Below, in pieces: positions 60,186 through 64,000 of a stretch of 64,000 bases of DNA (position 1 is its first letter; each line of letters opens with the position of its first letter). Under the pieces are notes generated by a model. That model saw only the letters and a program-made list of their open reading frames with translations, was not told where the DNA came from and made no database searches. The translations under genes were made by a program, and so were the position numbers. Where the stretch lies: assembly GCF_006345805.1 (NCBI RefSeq), contig NC_043025.1:7130001-7194000 (forward strand). The letters run 5' to 3'. This DNA comes from Octopus sinensis. Lineage: Eukaryota.

Positions 60186-60546
60186 ACGGGAAGGTTTACG
60201 AAATAAACAAAAGACAAAGGTACTTACCACACAGCCACTCCAGAAAGAAAAGAAGGGACTAAAAATCAAGGCAGATATCAATAAAGTACAGGGTTTTAAA
60301 CAAGTCCACCTGCTGTCTGTGGACCTTGTGACATTGTCAGGCCCAAGGAATCTTGTGCTTTTGTTATTCTGCTGTAATATTGTTCACTCTGCTCTATTCG
60401 CAAATTACACCTCACTTTGGATATGCTCTCACAATGATATTCCCTAGCCTAGGTCTACCTCGGCCCTTTGTGTTGAAACCACTTCATGGTTTTCCATCTT
60501 TGCATCAGACTAAGAATGGGAGATGCTGTTACATAACTCTGTTTAA

Positions 60547-60767
60547 CCCTTTAGTGTTTAAACCGGCCATATCCGGCCAAAATATTCTACCTGTTTTATG
60601 TTCAAACTAGACAGATATGGTCATTCATAGCTACCTTATTGTGTCATTTTAAAAATAAACAAAACACATCATTGAAATCTCAAAGCCATGAAATGATGCA
60701 GGATTAATTTTACATAGTGTGAATACATAAAGTTTACATTTGACAGAATAATCTGAATGCTAAAGGG
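60547..60767. mobile_element. TTAA MITE, family P2
   Basis: TTAA|CCCTTTAGTGTTTAAACCGG...GCTAAAGGG|TTAA. Confidence 0.87.
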
Positions 60768-60965
60768 TTAAGGTTCTGGCTACATTCTCAGAGTGGTTTG
60801 TTAGGAAGGGCATCCAGCTGTAGAGACCATGCCAAGTCAGACATGTTAGCAACAAACGAGGATGAGTTCAAATATCCATTAAATGTAAATAATGTACATA
60901 ATTCCTCATCCCTTAAATAGGGAACAGTGTTTCCCTGATGATCCCTCTATCTCTTTTTTTCTTCT

Positions 60966-61349
60966 ACTCCTACTTGTTTCAGTCATTTGACTGCGGCCAT
61001 GCTGGAGCACCACCTTTCAGTCGAGCAAATCGACCCCAGGACTTATTCTTTGTAAGCCCAGTACTTATTCTATCGGTCTCTTTTGCCGAACCGCTAAGTT
61101 ACGGGGACGTAAACACACCAGCATCAGTTGTCAAGCAATGCTAGGGGGACAAACACAGACACACACATATATATATATACATATATACGACGGGCTTCTT
61201 TCAGTTTCCATCTACCAAATCCACTCACAAGGCTTTGGTCGGCCCGAGGCTATAGTAGAAGACACTTGCCCAAGGTGCCACGTAGTGGGACTGAACCCGG
61301 AATCATGTGGTTGGTAAGCAAGCTACTTACCACACAGCCACTCCTACGC
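60966..61349 (-). mobile_element. SINE A
   Basis: Full family A copy. Confidence 0.88.
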
Positions 61350-61675
61350 ATACATATATGTATGTATATATGCATACATAGGGCTTCTTTCAGTTTCTGT
61401 CAACCAAATCTCACAAGGCTTTCATTAGCCCCAGGTGGAACACAGTAGGACTGAACCCAGAAACATAGCTATCACACAGCCGGGTGCGCTTTATGTTCTT
61501 GAGCCAAACTCTTCATTCCACGTTGCTCCAGTCGCCTTTTCGATGAGTAGGGGAATGTTGGCCTGCTCGCCTAGCCAGTGGGTTGCACTATTTGAGGGCT
61601 AGAACAAAGCTAAAGTGCATTGTGACCAGTGATGTGTAAACAACATCTGCTTGCCTGGTTTGACCCATGATATAT

Positions 61676-61893
61676 TACTCTTTTACTTGTTTCAGTCATT
61701 TGACTGCGGCCATGCTGGAGCACCGCCTTTAATCGAGCAATTCGATCCCGGGACTTATTCTTTTGTAAGCCCAGTACTTATTCTAAGTACCGCTAAGTAA
61801 CGGGGACATAAACACACCAGCATCGGTTGTCAAGCAATGCTAGGGGGGACAAACACACAAACATACACAAACATATATATATATATATACATA

Positions 61894-61937
<44 letters not shown>

Positions 61938-62095
61938 CAGGCTTCCTTTCAGTTTCCGTCTACCAAATCCACTCACAAGGCATTGGTCGGCCCGGGGCTA
62001 TAGTAGAAGACACTTGCCCAAGATGCCACGCAGTGGGACTGAACCCGGAACCATGTGGTTGGTAAGCAAGCTACTTACCACACAGCCACTCCTGC
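61676..62095 (-). mobile_element. SINE A
   Basis: Family A copy with expanded (TA)n. Confidence 0.87.
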
Positions 62096-63428
62096 ACACA
62101 CACCTCAGTGTTGGACTTTTGCCACTTGAGCCGTCATCATCTGCTCCTACCGTTTTAACTCCTCCTACTCCTACCGCCACCACCACCACCACCACCACCA
62201 CCACCACCACCAACTCCTTCACAGCCACTGTTTGTACCACTGCTGCCATCACCATCACCGTTGCTACCCCACCACTGCAACTTTCAAATCCCTCCCCTCC
62301 TTGCACCGTCAGCACCACCTTCATGAGCGTTGGTGCTTTACCCGCCACCGACACCATCACCACTGTTTGTTCCACCACCTCTTGTCATCACCACCATCGC
62401 CACCATCATCAGTACTGTTTCTTCACCACCACCACCACCACCACCACCACCACCACCATCAGTGCCACCACCATCACCTTCATCATCATTCTTGCCTTAT
62501 TTTATTATTTATGTTTAATGTTTTTTGCTTCTTTCTTTTTCTGCCATTTCTTCTGCTGTCTTTTGTTATGGAGGGGTGGGCATATAAAGTGGAGTGTCAG
62601 TGGTTTGGTCCTTAAGGTTCTCAGTTCTTGAGTCCCCCTCCCCCTCCACCACCCCACCACCCCGCTTTTCATATGGCCACAGCTTCAAGCCTTCTCTGCT
62701 GCTCTGTTCTCGTCACGCAAGGTACATAACTCTGCCGGCTACAGTCTGCCTGGCTGGTAAAACAGTCTCGCCTTTCGCTTCTCGCTTGATCTTTGGAGTA
62801 TGTGTGACAGAGTCGTATGGGTGCGTATGTGGTATGTTGTGGTGGTGGTGGTGGTATTGGTGTTAAGATCAATCCTTGCTTTCCACTGCTGCTGCTACTG
62901 CCGCTGCTGCTTCTTGTGTTATTGTGGTAGTGTTGGACTGCTGTGTCCAGTGTTGCATCTGAAAAGGCAAGGAACTTGGCAAGCCACAATCTGGTTGGCC
63001 AATAAACAGGGCCGACACATGCTTCACCTTTAAGTTTAGATCTGTTTGAACAGGTCTTCCCTCTGGGTCTGGTAAACAAGCAAAGTTTTATGTACCTTTC
63101 TCTTAATCGTGGAGTAGCATGGATTACAGAGCAAGAGAGGGTAGATGAAGGTTTAACTATCTCATCATCTTTCATGGTTATTCCAGTAATGATGTTAAGT
63201 ATCTACTAAGAAACAGAATTGGTATTGTTTTGCAGGTCACCTTGCCTTGCTTAACTTGACGTATCTCCCAACTAAAACTAATTTCAAACGTAATATTCAT
63301 CAACGAAAGATAGATTAGCGTGTAAAGCTGCCTTCTGTAGTTAAGGGTGATGAGATTTTAAGTAGATGTATCTGATATCCACAGAAAAGAGTTAATAGTC
63401 CTCTAAAACATATATATATATATATATA

Positions 63429-63868
63429 AGTGCAGGAGTGGCTGTGTGGTAAGTAGCTTGTTTACCAACCACATGGTTCTGGGTTCAGTCCCAGCGCGTG
63501 GCACCTAGGGCAAGTGTCTTCTACTATAGCCTCGGGCCGACCAAAGCCTTGTGAGTGGATTTGGTAGACGGAAACTGAAAAAGCCCGTCGTATATATGTA
63601 TATATATGTATATATATGCATATAATATATATATATATATATATAATATATATAATGCGTGTGTGTGGTCTGTGTGTTTGTCCCCCTAGCATTGCTTGAA
63701 AACGATGCTGGTGTGTTTATGTCCCCCCGTTATTAGCGGTTTGGCAAAAGAGACCGATAGAATAAGTACTGGACTTACAAAAGAATAAGTCCGGGGGTCG
63801 AGTTGCTCGATTAAAGAGGGGTGCTCCAGCATGGACCGCAGTCAAATGATTGAAACAAGTAAAAGAGT
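63429..63868 (+). mobile_element. SINE A
   Basis: Full family A copy. Confidence 0.87.
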
Positions 63869-64000
63869 CTATATATATATATATAATATATATTATATAT
63901 ATATATATTATATACTTACTGTAAACAAGATAATGGTACAGAGCATTCATTAAAATAATAAGCTTTCAAAACAGATGCACAAACTAAAAAGAAACACTGG

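Noticed and set aside
61837-62631. 264-aa ORF with poly-Thr
   Set aside because: SINE A antisense plus (ACC)n microsatellite, with no splice support.

Overview
Animal genomic DNA, very probably an octopus (coleoid cephalopod); this is inferred from the repeat families and the microsatellite load. The window covers the 3' part of one + strand gene, polybromo-1 (PBRM1/BAF180). It holds eight well-supported coding exons: the second BAH domain, an acidic linker, the HMG box and a Gln/His-rich tail. There is also one probable 39-nt microexon. The gene starts before the window and probably ends after it. The introns are almost entirely repeats: several SINE-like families, RTE and CR1 LINE remnants, two decayed full-length Tc1/mariner (maT-like) elements with nested insertions, TTAA MITEs in tandem arrays, non-autonomous Helitrons, minisatellites and long (TA)n/(ATT)n tracts. 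The most notable unannotated signal is a set of hammerhead ribozyme motifs from at least three different repeat families. One family is a 357-bp tandem unit arranged head-to-head at 56.6-57.5 kb, resembling a Penelope pLTR or retrozyme, and it sits with a SINE inside one 12-bp target-site duplication. All structures were read by eye, repeat boundaries are approximate, and no ribozyme activity has been shown.
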